From: Eledone cirrhosa
Taxonomy: Eukaryota
Assembly: GCA_964016885.1 (NCBI GenBank)
Contig: OZ024740.1
Span: 100,068,001 to 100,132,000, forward strand
Direction of reading: 5' to 3'
Length of the DNA stretch: 64,000 nucleotides
Position numbers and translations under genes: made by a program. Each line of letters opens with the position of its first letter. Positions within the stretch are counted from its first letter, which is position 1. The notes under the pieces were generated by a model. That model was not told where the DNA came from. It made no database searches and saw nothing but the letters and a program-made list of their open reading frames with translations. Below, piece after piece: positions 1 through 11,916 of this stretch.

Positions 1-344
1 TGACTGGAAAGTACAAAGGCTTGTTAGATACAAAAGAAAATACATGAGATGATATGGAAATAGGAACAGGACAGCAATTATTCTTAAACCCTTTTGATAT
101 GAACATGGCCAAAACTCGATCTGGTTTTATGACCCCACAAATATTTTAAAGAGTTCCTATGTTAAAATTTTCCAATATGATCTTATATAAGAATCAGCTA
201 AGTTACCATCCTAGAAAGGAAACTAACAGAAGTACCTAGTGTTGCCTGTGTTAAATACAATAATGAAATGTCATTCAAAACTTTTTCAATAGTATATTAA
301 AAACTTCTAATATAGCTGTTACTTGTATGTAACATACCTTATAA

Positions 345-1320
345 TTACATTTTGATTTCATACTGTTTCTTTATTCCTTTCATATCTTGTCTGTACTTGG
401 GTTTTAAAATCACTGATGAAATACAGTTGTAAATATTCTGGTTCTTCTTCTGAAAGTGGCTGAAATGGTCCAATTCTATGGTACATTTTCTCTTGGATCT
501 TGAAAGTGGGCATAAAGCCACCTTTATAGATGTCATTTGCACCAAAAGATCTCATTTAGAATTCATTATTGTACTTCTTGATATTTTGAAGAAAGTCACT
601 TCATTCAGTAATTCTACCAGTCAGCATTCCCCTCAAAAGTTATGGTAGTTCAGGTAACTTAATCTTTCTATTCAAACAGCACAATCTAGTTGACTCATCA
701 TTCCATTTTTTAGCACTACAATTTGGAAAAATGTTGTTCTCTGAGGAAATTTGAATTAAAGTTTCTGAGGCTTAGTGTTCATGTGGATTGTAACTAAAAG
801 CAGCAAAATCCTACTTGGCAACCTTTTTGAATTTTTAAATCGTAAATCTTCCGTTTTACTCTCTGTTCACATAGCCTTTGAATGGTTTCAGGTTCAGTTT
901 CTTCATGCTGCCTTTGAGCTGCTCTATTCCTCTCCATTTGCTGTCTTAATGATTTTCGTACATCTGATTCCTATTGACGAATAGGTGCTTTCATTGCCCT
1001 ATATTTAGCAAGCCTTTTTGGTCTTTATTCCTGATTTATCTTTTTTATTCTGTGCACTTCTTATTCTTTGTTGTTAAAGCCTTGGTGGTTTTTGTGCATT
1101 TGATTCATCTTCACTATTTTGTGTTGTAGTTTCACACATTTAATTCCTCTTGACAAACAGTTGCTTTACTTTTCTCATCACCAGCAAGCCTTTTATATTT
1201 TTCTTCTTCTGATTCATTTTGCCTATATTTCTCTGTTGTTTTTCATTGTTTTTGGAGTCTTTTGTGTCACTGCTCTTCACTTTCATTCTCCCTCTGAAGC
1301 TGCTTTATGATACCTTCTTC
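345..1320 (-). mobile_element. Decayed Helitron Rep/helicase N-terminal fragment
   Basis: The minus strand reads CSAKKWNDESTRLCC..KIKLP..FLQNIKKYNN..MRSFGAN..GGFMPTFKIQEKMYHRIG..P...EEPEYLQLYF. This matches the Helitron N-terminal pattern (C..C...W..E...CC..G; MTSFGA; FMPTFKIQGQVYHRIGSL; P.FLQIYF). Stops and frameshifts are present, and the upstream boundary is approximate. Confidence 0.8.
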
Positions 1321-3059
1321 AAAATGAGGGTTTGTTATTCAGTGGCAATTTTTGCTTGCAGATTCCAATGTAATTATTATTTATCTAAAAGAGTTTTTAT
1401 TTTTCTGTTAATGAGGGATCTAGATCAAGTTAAATCTCATTGAATGAAGACTCAATGCATTAATTTTCAGTAAGTTCTAGGAAACAGCAGCCAAAAACTA
1501 ATGGAAATGTTTATGCTAAAAGATATGTGTTGCAAATATTATTTTTAGAAGTGTTTCCCTAAACCGAATAAAGAACCCACAATTTAATGAGATGTTGATA
1601 CACACACATCTACATGTGAAGCTTATACGAAAATGTGGCATAAATACACACAGAAAAGATATGAAGAAGATAGTGGTAAGAAATTTCAGGAGAGCTGGAT
1701 AGCAGAAGGTATTCAGAGAAGAAACCTCCCTCAAGCAAGTCTTTTGGCCCTTAGCTTCTTATTCTTTAAAGGAGTTCTGTCACATCCAAGTCATATCTCC
1801 TGGGAACACTTCTGCTTGTATTTCCTTGGTACTTTGGTAAGGAAAGGTTTGAAGTACATCCCAGGAGTAGGAAATCAACAATAAAGAAAGATTTATGTTT
1901 CAGGTACAAATAAAGAAGTATACGCTAATTTTTTAACTTAAATTTATTTTGTATTGGATTTTTCTATAGAAAAGGATTGTGCCTATGGTTTTTTGTCACC
2001 CCAGCATCTCTCAAGATTGATAAGATGCCTTAACAAGCTCACTTACATATATAGGTGCTAGAATGTCTATGTGGTTGAGTTTGCTTCACAATTGTATTGT
2101 TTTATATTCTATTCCATCAGAAGATAGAACGCAAGTTTGGGCGTTTTTATCTAGAAGCCTTATCATCAGCAATGTAGACGGCTTTACTAGTGGCTTGTGG
2201 AACATGTATATGCATGTGTGTTTGTGGTGATATCAGAAGAAAACTAAATTTACTCTTTAGTATAGCTATCAAAGATATAATGTAACAAATCAAGCATTTA
2301 ATGGCTATTTTCACTGGTGAAGCAAAGGTTAGACTTGCATGCTCCATGATAGGTTTCACACTCATAGACGGGGTCCTTTTTTGAAGAAGCCACATAACCT
2401 TCTTAGTGCTAAACGTTTTAGATACCTCCTATGGCAAAACAGTGATACTGTTTACCTATTCTAAACCATATACACACAGTAAAACACCAAACATTTTATA
2501 TTTTCATTGATATAAAATATACAATCAAGTAAAGAATTTAGTTATTTATTCATTTAGTCTCAAATTGACAAGATCGATAATACATTTCAATAATATTTTA
2601 AGCTATAATTCAACCTTTTAGATGCAACTTAACAAAAAATAAATACATGAAAAAATAGAAATATTTATAAAAAAAACAATCCATTAAAATATTGAAGTGG
2701 GGGGAGAATGTTTCACTCTTGTTGACATTTATTTTACAACTCTTCATTAACACCAGGCATTTTATGATAAATTTTAAGATCCAAGAATTAAAAGTTCAAC
2801 ACATCAAAGCAGAATTTTTCTTGTTCTGACTTCAATACTGATGACAGATTGTCAAATTTCATAGACTTCTAAAAAAAAATCTCTGATGAATAAAAAAATT
2901 TGAATTATTAATTCACTTGCCATTTTGGTGGAAGAAAAAGTAGAATGGATTTTTCTTGAACATATATTAATGAAGGTAAGATTATCATATATTGTAAATA
3001 GTGAGAGCTGAAGTGTTAATGATTAGAAGATATTTGAACAAAATACTTATATTCCTGAG

Positions 3060-3545
3060 CCACATTGCAGCAATGACACAGCACCCAAACCTGATGGGAG
3101 GGTCAGTTCTTGAAAAAACCTCTTGATAGTTGAATTAACATTGCCTTGAAATGGCAATTTTTAGTGGGTTAATGAAAGAAATATGCAGATGATAGTGTAC
3201 ATTACTTTGATTGAAGGGAGATATCGTGGATTTGCTGTTAGATCCCCTATGTGATATCTGGCTGGTATTAGACTTAGAAAGTAGTGATTCAAGAATTGGA
3301 GAAGGAATCAGAAAATACTTCAGTGAAGATGTTTAGACTGGGGAAAAGCATTTGAGAGAAATCCCACTGAAATAATAAACCTTCAGCAAAGTGATACTTC
3401 ATTTCTAAAGGGTTGGAGTGGTTACAATAGCATCCAGATTGTTGTAGTCATTGTAAGAATTATGAAAATAAACTTTCTGCTATAGCATCGGCCTTAAACA
3501 AACTGGACAAACTTTGGTTAGCATCACTGGTGTTTGGCGCAACTT
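3060..3545 (+). mobile_element. Very old LINE (RTE-like) RT remnant
   Basis: TATGCAGATGAT (YADD) near 3182 and a downstream ASALNKLDKLW-like stretch near 3485-3517; otherwise heavily degraded. Confidence 0.3.
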
Positions 3546-3832
3546 AAAGGAACCATGTTGTCGGAGGGTGTTGAAATCATTGCGATCTCCAATCAACAAC
3601 TCCCACAATGCAAACACTATGTAATATATACATACTATCTACTATATCATAGGCCACAAAACACCACAACTATATAGAATTTTAGATAATAAATAATTTA
3701 GTGATACCATCTGTGGGAAAATTAATAGTTATACTAGTGTTAACAAATTAATGACCACTACATTAATGTAGTGGTCATTAAAATCCTACTTAGAAATAAT
3801 TATTTAATGAAGAAGAAAGCAATACTATTTAA

Positions 3833-4042
3833 CCCTTTAGCATTTACATTACTCTATATGTACTATTGTATTTTCGTGTTAAAGGCTTTATCTCACATAA
3901 TGATCTCATATATTATCAAATCTATGAGATTTTGATGTTATTTATTTTGATAACATCAGTACAAGTGGTGAGTTACAGCCTGTTTGAACAGAAAGAGGTG
4001 ACAGAATTCTGGCTGGATACAATCAGTTTAAATGCTAAAGGG
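3833..4042. mobile_element. piggyBac-type MITE (TTAA target site duplication)
   Basis: TTAA|CCCTTTAGCATTTA ... TAAATGCTAAAGGG|TTAA: perfect 14-bp TIRs with CCC/GGG termini and flanking TTAA. Confidence 0.85.
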
Positions 4043-4858
4043 TTAATGACTAATAATATTTTAATTATTCAGATGAGGGAGAGAGGTAACTATATTTCAG
4101 AGTTATTATGACCTCGTCAACAAAGTATAGACTTTACTGTTTTTGTTAAATTAGTATTAGAAGAATTAGTTCAGATTGGACAGACCTTTGATCAAATATA
4201 CTTTAGCCATGAACTTGTCATCTTTGTTCACGATATAATGTAACTAGAGCTACATTATTCTGAGTATACACATCACTATCCCTTTATAAGATACTAGGAA
4301 AAGATTTGAGGCAAATTTGACTGTTAATTTTAACAGTTTATGTAAATAAGTTTTTTCTAGGATTGGCTCACCTAAAGTTTAGTCTTATTCTTCAGTATCC
4401 ATTACAAATCCATTTCATGAGGGTGATATAAACATTACCAGTTAAATATTGTCTTCAAGGCAATTACCACTTTCAAAACTATTACCATTACTACTGTCAT
4501 CACTATCATCATCTCCACTAACATCATCATTACTACTGAATTCAGATCCATCACAATAGAGTGAAAGACAAAGATGACTAGACAGCAGAGAGATAAAACA
4601 AATGCTACAAACATTTAATCATATGCCCTAATAACTCTACCAACTTGTTACCTCTCTAGTTTAACACACCATACTATCAATACAACTACCCTCAAAGTTT
4701 GTGTTGGTGTAACTATCTTGTAATGTTTTCTTTGTTTCCTTTTAAATATGGTGATTATTGATTAACCACCAAGAGAGCCATTATGCCAGATCTCAACATA
4801 ATAGATATAACAGCCAAAATCTTCATCAAATCATACCAACCATCTTGAAAAAAAAAAG

Positions 4859-4995
4859 GAATTGGCAGATGTATTAGAGCATAGTTAAAAATACCATGTG
4901 ATATTCAGGCTTTCTGTGCTCTGAGTTCAAATACTAGTAAGCTCAACTTTGTCTTTCATCCATTTAGGGTCAATAAAATAAAGTACAATCTAGAG
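4859..4995 (+). mobile_element. Degenerate Nin/Deu-core SINE interrupted by a hAT MITE
   Basis: B-box GAGTTCAAAT and core CTTTGTCTTTCATCCATTTAGGGTCAATAAAATAAAGTAC, homologous to the other SINE copies. Confidence 0.65.
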
Positions 4996-5285
4996 CAGTC
5001 ATGGGCAACCTGCGACCCATGAAGCTTTCTGAATGGTTTGCCTAAGTCACCTAAGTGAAATCTTTCTGATTTTTTTACCCCAACTTTTCAGTCATAATTT
5101 ATCTTTCTCTCATTTTTACGATTGAGGAAAACGTGTACAAATTCTGAAGAAACTAATCAAAACCACCTGAGTTACCGCCCTTCCTTTTTTAATGTGGGCA
5201 CGAATGTAAATTAGCACTCACGGCCTGCCTGATGATGAGCCATATCTCATGCAGCCTGCTTCTCAAAAAAGGTTGCCCATGCCTG
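4996..5285. mobile_element. hAT (Charlie-type) MITE
   Basis: TIRs CAGTCATGGGCAACCT / AGGTTGCCCATGCCTG. The 8-bp TSD ATCTAGAG / CTCTAGAG fits the NTCTAGAN preference of Charlie hATs. Confidence 0.85.
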
Positions 5286-7196
5286 CTCTAGAGCAATGGT
5301 ATTTAAACTAACCTTTTGTGATCTGAGATCTTGAATAAAGAACTTAATCTATCACTCAGTTTAACACAAATACCTGGTACTTGGGGCATTTCACAGTATC
5401 TACCATGTTGTGAGCATTTGAGTAAGGTTTCCTTTCTTCCTTTTCTCCCACCTGTCTTAGAGGTGCTGAAACATAAAGAGTCATGGGTTCTGCCATTTCC
5501 TGTATGACTTATAAATATATCACATCTGACATGTTATCAATATAATCATCCCTTACCCTTATTTTGCACACTAAGAATAAAATTTGTAATATTCATGAAA
5601 AGACCTATGTTTCAAAACATGAAGGTACAAAAGCCCTTCAATGGAATCAGCTGACAGAGGCTCCAAAGATTTGATCTGGCCTTTGATAGTAAGAAAACTA
5701 AGTTTGGCATCTGATTCTAAGTAGAAGTATGCACATTGCTGAATTTGTGAGACAGGTTGAAATGAATCAGTTTTACATGACTCTCAGTATAAGAGGTCAG
5801 ATTGTGTGGAAAACCTACAACAACAATTGAGATATAGCTTTGAAATACAACTTTAAACTGAGAGAATGAAATTATAAGATGGGCTACAGATAAACTGAAG
5901 GAATTTGTTCTATAATCATCACAAACCTTTCCATTATCTGCATTATTAAATGGCTGTGATGATGATCTTGATCTTGATGCTAAGTATAAGGATGATAATG
6001 CTGATACAACTAATTTGAGGATATTAATGATACTGCATTGATAAAATGATAATCATCTGTATTGACTTATATTCTTTTATATTCTGAGATCAAATCCCAA
6101 CTGAGGATATTAATGTAATAAGAAATAATGTATATCAGGGTCATAAATGGAATGACTTTAATCATTAGTCTGTTCAATTAGGGAGGACCTAGTTCTGAGG
6201 GACATCAGAAACTATTGGGAATGAGAAAATGCTAATAGATGTAACACAGATTAATTCTTTCGTTAACATATTTCTGAGGAAAGATACTGCCTAAGATTTT
6301 CAAATAATTTGGAGGAGTTTTTATTAAGCTGAAGATACTTACATAAAATTATGATGGAGCATTTGTAGGTAAATATACACACTCAAACCCTTAACATCAT
6401 CTAATGATTTAGCAGAAAATATCTAAAAACAGGTTTGTTAATTCAAGTGTTTATATTGTCTTTGCTAGTTATCGAATCTATGAAAACATTTGCAGGATAC
6501 TAAAGTAAAAGTTTAATTTTTAATGTAATGCAGTTTTAGTGTTGTTTTTGCTATTCAAGGTCTTGCAAATGTTGTTGGGATTGCGTATTAAGAGTTTAGC
6601 CAAACTGTTTTGTATCATAGAACCAAAAACAATTTCAAGAAGTTTGGTATTAAAACAGTTAAAGATACACTTGAAAAACATATAAATAAAAATAGTGCAA
6701 ATGATAAGTGTGGAGGCATGACTGTAATCAAGAAATTTGCTACAGAGCTCTTTGTTCTCTGCTTCAATTCCACTAGAAAGCACTTAGGGTATATGTTAAC
6801 TATAACCTTGGATCAACCAAAGTTTTATGAATAAAAGCTTGTTGATTGAAACTGTATTGAGAGGTAGACATAACTTGTTATCTAGTTTAACACCAGCTTT
6901 ACATACCTTTAATGCTGTCGTCAGCATTGCAAGCTGTCTGGCCAGTTCTCTGGTATGAAGAAAACTTTCTCCCATCCTTAGGCTAGAATCAGAGATTCAA
7001 GAAAAGGTTCTGGATGCTGTTTTTATTCATTTAAAAAAGACAATATTTTTTAAAGATTACACCTCATAGAAAAATAAACAAAATATTTCAGATCAAATTT
7101 TAAACTAATTCTCATTAACATTAACGGATTTTATACCAAACCACTGGTTCTATTAAATAAAACTGTTCAGTTTAAAAAAATTCTATTCATCTAAAA

Positions 7197-7545
7197 CAGA
7201 GGTTCTCAACGGGGGGGGGGGGGGGGGGGGGCATATGACCCCACCCCACCGCGGGGCGTTTTGAAGCTCCAGGGGGTGGGGGCGTTTTGCAGCAAGGGGG
7301 CGTTAGATAACTTTGAGGGGCGCTGGAAGCCCTTTAGTTTGGTAAGTTTTATAAGTCATATTCGTACGTCTCTTCATTTGAATGAAGAAAATAAATCAAA
7401 GAAGCTTGTCAACGAATTCCCTAGGGAGATAAAAGAAAAACAAAACAAATCAGAGAAAATGAACATAAGAACGTCAACTTTGACAACAGTTACAAGAACA
7501 ACTTCAACAGAAATGACAACAAAAAGAAGCAATGGTGATGAACAT
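7197..7545 (+). mobile_element. Possible left end of a hAT DNA transposon
   Basis: Starts CAGAGGTTCTCAAC after ATCTAAAA and is followed by G-rich GGGGGCG subterminal repeats. No clean right TIR was found. Confidence 0.4.
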
Positions 7546-7572
7546 ACACACACATGCATACATACATACATA

Positions 7573-8160
7573 CATGGTGGCTGCCAACTCGTTTTCGAGT
7601 ACGGCCACTACTTTATATCCATGTAGGAGAACCCCTACAGATGCGCTGAACGAGTGTGACTTTTTAGTCCAGCCAGCGACTTGAAAACTCTGGTACAAAC
7701 ACTACACTTGTGACAATTATTGAAACAGTGCTGGGCCCATGGTACCATGTGACGACAAGTGCAGAGAGATCTCCAGATATAAAGCAATGCCTGTGCCGTG
7801 AAGCTTTTATAGTGAGCAAAGGCACTGCACAAAGCCAGTCCCACTCTCTTAACCAAGATGATATTTACCAAAAAGAAGAACAAGTCAACATCATTGGATA
7901 CCATCAGGGTTGCAGGTGTTATATCAGAGTTTTCCTTCTCCTAGAATTCTTCCTTGACAAAGGCTAAGGGGTCATCTCTCCCGGTGATTTTGGATGGCCA
8001 TTGGCTCTTAAGAGCTCCTTTACCCTTTGACAGGTTTTGTTTTTAGTCCTGCAGGATGTCCAAAGTCACCCTCCTCACCAAGAAACCTTGGTGGGGTTGC
8101 CAGTTTAGTCGCCAACGACCCGACCATGAGACAGGTTGTACTGGGATATATGTTACCATG

Positions 8161-8162
<2 letters not shown>
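7573..8162 (-). mobile_element. Bipartite non-autonomous RTE derivative (5' UTR joined to 3' end) in a (CATA)n run
   Basis: The 5' part has the RTE-type UTR motif CTAGGAGAAGGAAAACTCTGATATAAAC. The 3' part encodes a terminal C2H2 finger (CSVCTRVFKSLAGLKSHTRSAH*) and a short hairpin UTR (ACTCGAAAACGAGT). The ORF middle is absent and both flanks are (CATA)n. Confidence 0.7.
8100..8162 (-). ncRNA. Decayed HDV-like ribozyme at the RTE 5' end
   Basis: P1 AACATGG/TCATGGT (6 of 7 pairs), P2 CCAGT/ACTGG, P3 ACA/TGT, GG, P4 TCG/CGA, J4/2 CTAA. L3 is shortened to ACC. Confidence 0.5.
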
Positions 8163-8225
<63 letters not shown>

Positions 8226-8478
8226 TACACACTCAGGCCTGCATTAGTGTTTGATGATTTTGAGAACCTGGTCAGCTTTCAACCAGCGCTGTGGTATTTA
8301 ATCTCCCTAGGTAATAAAATCTGGAGACAGAATTTTCTCCGTACCCCCCCCCCCCATAAGAAAACATAAATAATCATGTCAACATCCTTACACACTTAAA
8401 TATAAACGTATGCACGTATATATACAAATGCATAGCTATACACATAGGTATATATATATGTATGTATGTATGTAGATT

Positions 8479-8514
<36 letters not shown>

Positions 8515-8722
8515 TATGTATGCGTACATACATATATGTATACAGACGTACAGTAGTATGTATATATATACATACATGCACATATATATATATATATATG
8601 TACGTATCGATTCACCGAACATTTATTATAATGCTCGGTTTGTCTGTAAACAAACATCCCGAATTAAGCTGTTCAGTGTTTAGCAACCATCGTTGCCCTT
8701 TTGTTCAACACTGACAAAGGAA

Positions 8723-8763
8723 CGATGTACTAGTTTCAAGCTTATTAGCTATCGTCAGTACCG
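8723..8763 (-). ncRNA. Minimal type I hammerhead ribozyme (copy with a stem I mismatch)
   Basis: CGGTA-CTGACGA-T-AGCT(AATA)AGCT-T-GAAA-CTAG-TA-CATCG on the minus strand. Confidence 0.7.
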
Positions 8764-9480
8764 TATACCTTCCTGTCAGATGATTGAACGTCTGAAAATA
8801 TATACTTTCCTTATGCATATTAACGGCTGAGCAGCCTAATTTGTATATCGAGTGAGTTAATCGGCCGGGTGCACCGAAAACGATAAATGGAGAAAATGAA
8901 ACGAAATTTCATTTCTCACTCTTAGTACGGCTGTTACCTAAATATAAGTATGAATACGTGCATACATATATGTATAGAGACGTACAGTAGTATGTATATA
9001 TATACATACATACACACATATATATATATATGTACGTATGGATTCACCGAACATTTATTACAATGCTCGGTTTGTTTGTAAACAAACATCCCAGTACATC
9101 GTTCCTTTGTCAGTGTTGAACAAAGGGGCAACGATGGTTGCTAAACTCTGTACGGCTTAATTTGGGATGTTTGTTTACAGATAAACCGATCATTATAATA
9201 AATGTTCGGTGAATCCATACGTACATATATATATATGTGCATGCATGTATATATATACATACTACTGTACGTCTGTATACATATATGTATGTACGTATGC
9301 ATACTTATATTTGAGTAACAGCCGTACTAAATGTGGGAAATGAAATTACGTTTCATTTTTTCCATTTATCGTTTTCGGTTCACCCGGCCGATTAACCCAC
9401 TCGATATGCAAATTGGGCTACTCAGCCGTTAATATGCATAAGGTAAGTATATATGTTCAACAATCTGGCAGGAAGGTATA

Positions 9481-9521
9481 CGTTGCTGACGATAGCTAAT
9501 AAGCTTGAAACTAGTACAGCG
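9481..9521 (+). ncRNA. Minimal type I hammerhead ribozyme
   Basis: CGTTG-CTGACGA-T-AGCT(AATA)AGCT-T-GAAA-CTAG-TA^CAGCG. Palindromic loop III, GUA cleavage triplet (after 9516), stem I CGTTG/CAGCG. Confidence 0.8.
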
Positions 9522-9902
9522 CTCCTTTGTCAGAGTTGAACAAACGAGCAACGATGGTTGCTGGACACTACGGCTTAATACGAAATGTTTGTTTACAAAC
9601 ACACCGAGCATTATAATAAATGTTCGGTGAATCCATACGTACATATATATATATGTGTGCATGTATGTATATATATATACACACTACTGTACGTCTGTAT
9701 ACATATATGTAAGTACGTGTACATACTTATATTTAAGTAACAGCCGTACTAAGAATGGGAAATGAAATTTCGTTTCATTTTTTCCGTTTATCGTTTTCGG
9801 TGCACCCGCCCGATTAACCCACTCGATATGCAAATTGGGCTACTCAGCCGTTAATATGCATAAGGTAAGTATATACGTTCAACAATCTGGCAGGAAGGTA
9901 TA

Positions 9903-9943
9903 CGTTGCTGACGATAGCTAATAAGCTTGAAACTAGTACAGCG
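9903..9943 (+). ncRNA. Minimal type I hammerhead ribozyme
   Basis: Same core as 9481-9521, with cleavage after 9938. Stem I extends past a bulge through GGAA/TTCC and CTGGCA/TGTCAG. Confidence 0.8.
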
Positions 9944-10145
9944 TTCCTTTGTCAGTGTTGAACAAACGAGCAACGATGGTCGCTGGACACTACGGCTTAA
10001 TACGGGATGTTTGTTTACAAACACACCGAGCATTATAATAAATGTTCGGTGAATCCATACGTATATATATATATGTGTGAATGTATGTATATATATATAC
10101 ATACTACTGTACGTCTGTATACATATATGTAAGTACGTGTACATA

Positions 10146-10220
<75 letters not shown>

Positions 10221-10275
10221 CGCTTTCTGAATTTGTTTAGCAAGATTCTTTATCTGAAAACGTGTGTTGAAAACG

Positions 10276-10371
10276 ATATTGTTATACTTTGGGAGAGTCA
10301 TGTTGCCAATAAGAAACACACGCACCAGTGCGTGTGTTTGTTATTGGCAATATGACCCTCCCAAATTATGG

Positions 10372-10377
<6 letters not shown>
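10276..10377. repeat. ~100-bp imperfect palindrome between (TA)n runs
   Basis: ATATTG..TTTGGGAGAGTCATGTTGCCAATAAGAAACACACGCAC-CA-GTGCGTGTGTTTGTTATTGGCAATATGACCCTCCCAAA..CAATAT. Confidence 0.85.
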
Positions 10378-10411
<34 letters not shown>

Positions 10412-10415
<4 letters not shown>

Positions 10416-11438
10416 ATAATAATAAATTTGAAAACTAAAATCCAAAGAGGGCTCGATAAGGATAAATATATATCAAATATATAAGAACCGTAGAGCAAAT
10501 ATTTATTAAAATAACAGATTAAATTTTAAGCAAAGAAACGCTGCTTTCACCCTTAACGGGATCTTCTGAAACCCAAAAAGTCAATCTGTGAACGCAGAAG
10601 TGAATATGTCAAAAAACGTTGCAACCAGAGGAAGACAGGAAGACGATACTTTGGTTCGTCGAAACGTTCCCTGGCAAAAAACGGGAATAAACGAAGATAA
10701 TAAGTTACTATTTGGACCGTGAAAAACAATTACACGCAAAGACAAAACCACGTTTATGGTATACAAGAAGTCGTAGACTAATATTCTATTAGGTAGTTCA
10801 TTTCAACGAGACGTTCTCTGGAAATGAACGTAAAAAAACGAAGATAATACGTCATATGTGGAGCGCGAGAAAAATTGCACGCAAAGACAAAACCACGTAA
10901 ATGTTATGGATACGTGTATGTATTTATTTAATTTCAATTACCTCTGTATTTTATTTACTTTATTCTTAACTCTGAAGCCGTGAATCAGTCGGTTTCCTAG
11001 TTAGAATTTGAGTCTATGACTTCAGTTTTACGATTTACGTGGTTTTGTCTTTGCGTGCAATTGTTCTCCACGCTCCACATTTGACGCTCCACATTTGACG
11101 TATATCTTCGTTTTTCCGGTTCATTGCCAGAGAATGTCTCCATGAACCACCTAATAGAATATTAGTCTACGACTTTTTTTATACCATAAACGTGGTTTTG
11201 TCTTTGCGTGTAATTGTTTCTCACCGCTACAAATAATGACGTATTATCTTCGTTTTTTCCCGTTTTTTGCCAGGGAACGTTTCCACGAACCAAAGTATCG
11301 TCTTCCTGTCTTCCACTGGTTGCAACGTTTTTTTGAAATATTTACTTCTCCGTTCACAGATTGACTTTTTTAGTTTCAGAAGATCCCGCTAAGGGTAAAA
11401 GCAGCGATTCTTTGCTTAAACTTTAATCTGTTATTTTG

Positions 11439-11443
<5 letters not shown>
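10412..11443. mobile_element. Head-to-head inverted insertion (~400-bp arms) in (TA)n, Penelope-like pLTR candidate
   Basis: Arms ~10499-10902 and ~11033-11443 are reverse complements and contain an internal ~145-bp duplication. A degenerate hammerhead-like motif (CAGAAGA-T-CCC..GGG-T-GAAA) lies near the outer ends. Confidence 0.65.
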
Positions 11444-11526
<83 letters not shown>

Positions 11527-11665
11527 TAAGAAACACAGTAAATCGTGTGTCCAATATTACGAGGGTTGAAAAACCACAATTGTTTGAAATATTTAACCAT
11601 GAAGCAGACAGAATGATAAAATAAATTTAAATTATATTATACAAACCGCCTCAATAACAATTATA

Positions 11666-11746
11666 TCTCTCGGACAGATTAGGGATAATCTGTTTCGCCC
11701 AGAGTGTGTTTGCAACAGATAATCCACGGGCATCATCAGCGAGAGA
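11666..11746 (-). ncRNA. Type I hammerhead ribozyme
   Basis: Exact reverse complement of 11917-11997. Confidence 0.9.
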
Positions 11747-11916
11747 ATCTGATTAAATGCGACAAACACCTAGTACTAACGTTCACACAGAAAAATGAAT
11801 TCATCACCTCGTGTGCCGTAAGTCAAAAGTGGTGTGAGTGTATTGGTTAGAAACAACAGTCCAACACACGCAACTTAGTAAGCTCACCTACTTGAGGATA
11901 CCGATTTTAATCAGAT

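Larger units (their letters stand above)
8511..10149. mobile_element. Head-to-head inverted tandem array of ~421-bp hammerhead-containing units (retrozyme or Penelope-like pLTR type)
   Basis: Minus arm 8511-9092 (~1.4 units) and plus arm 9093-10149 (~2.5 units, periods 420 and 422 bp). Both arms end at the same unit position (CATACTTA) against (TA)n. No ORF. Confidence 0.9.

Noticed and set aside
2147-2395. ORF containing VKPIMEHAS, reminiscent of CR1 VRPILEYAS
   Set aside because: A single weak motif with no supporting neighbours.
8258-8272. TTGAGAACCTGG as the right TIR of the hAT end at 7197
   Set aside because: Terminal bases do not match and there is no TSD.
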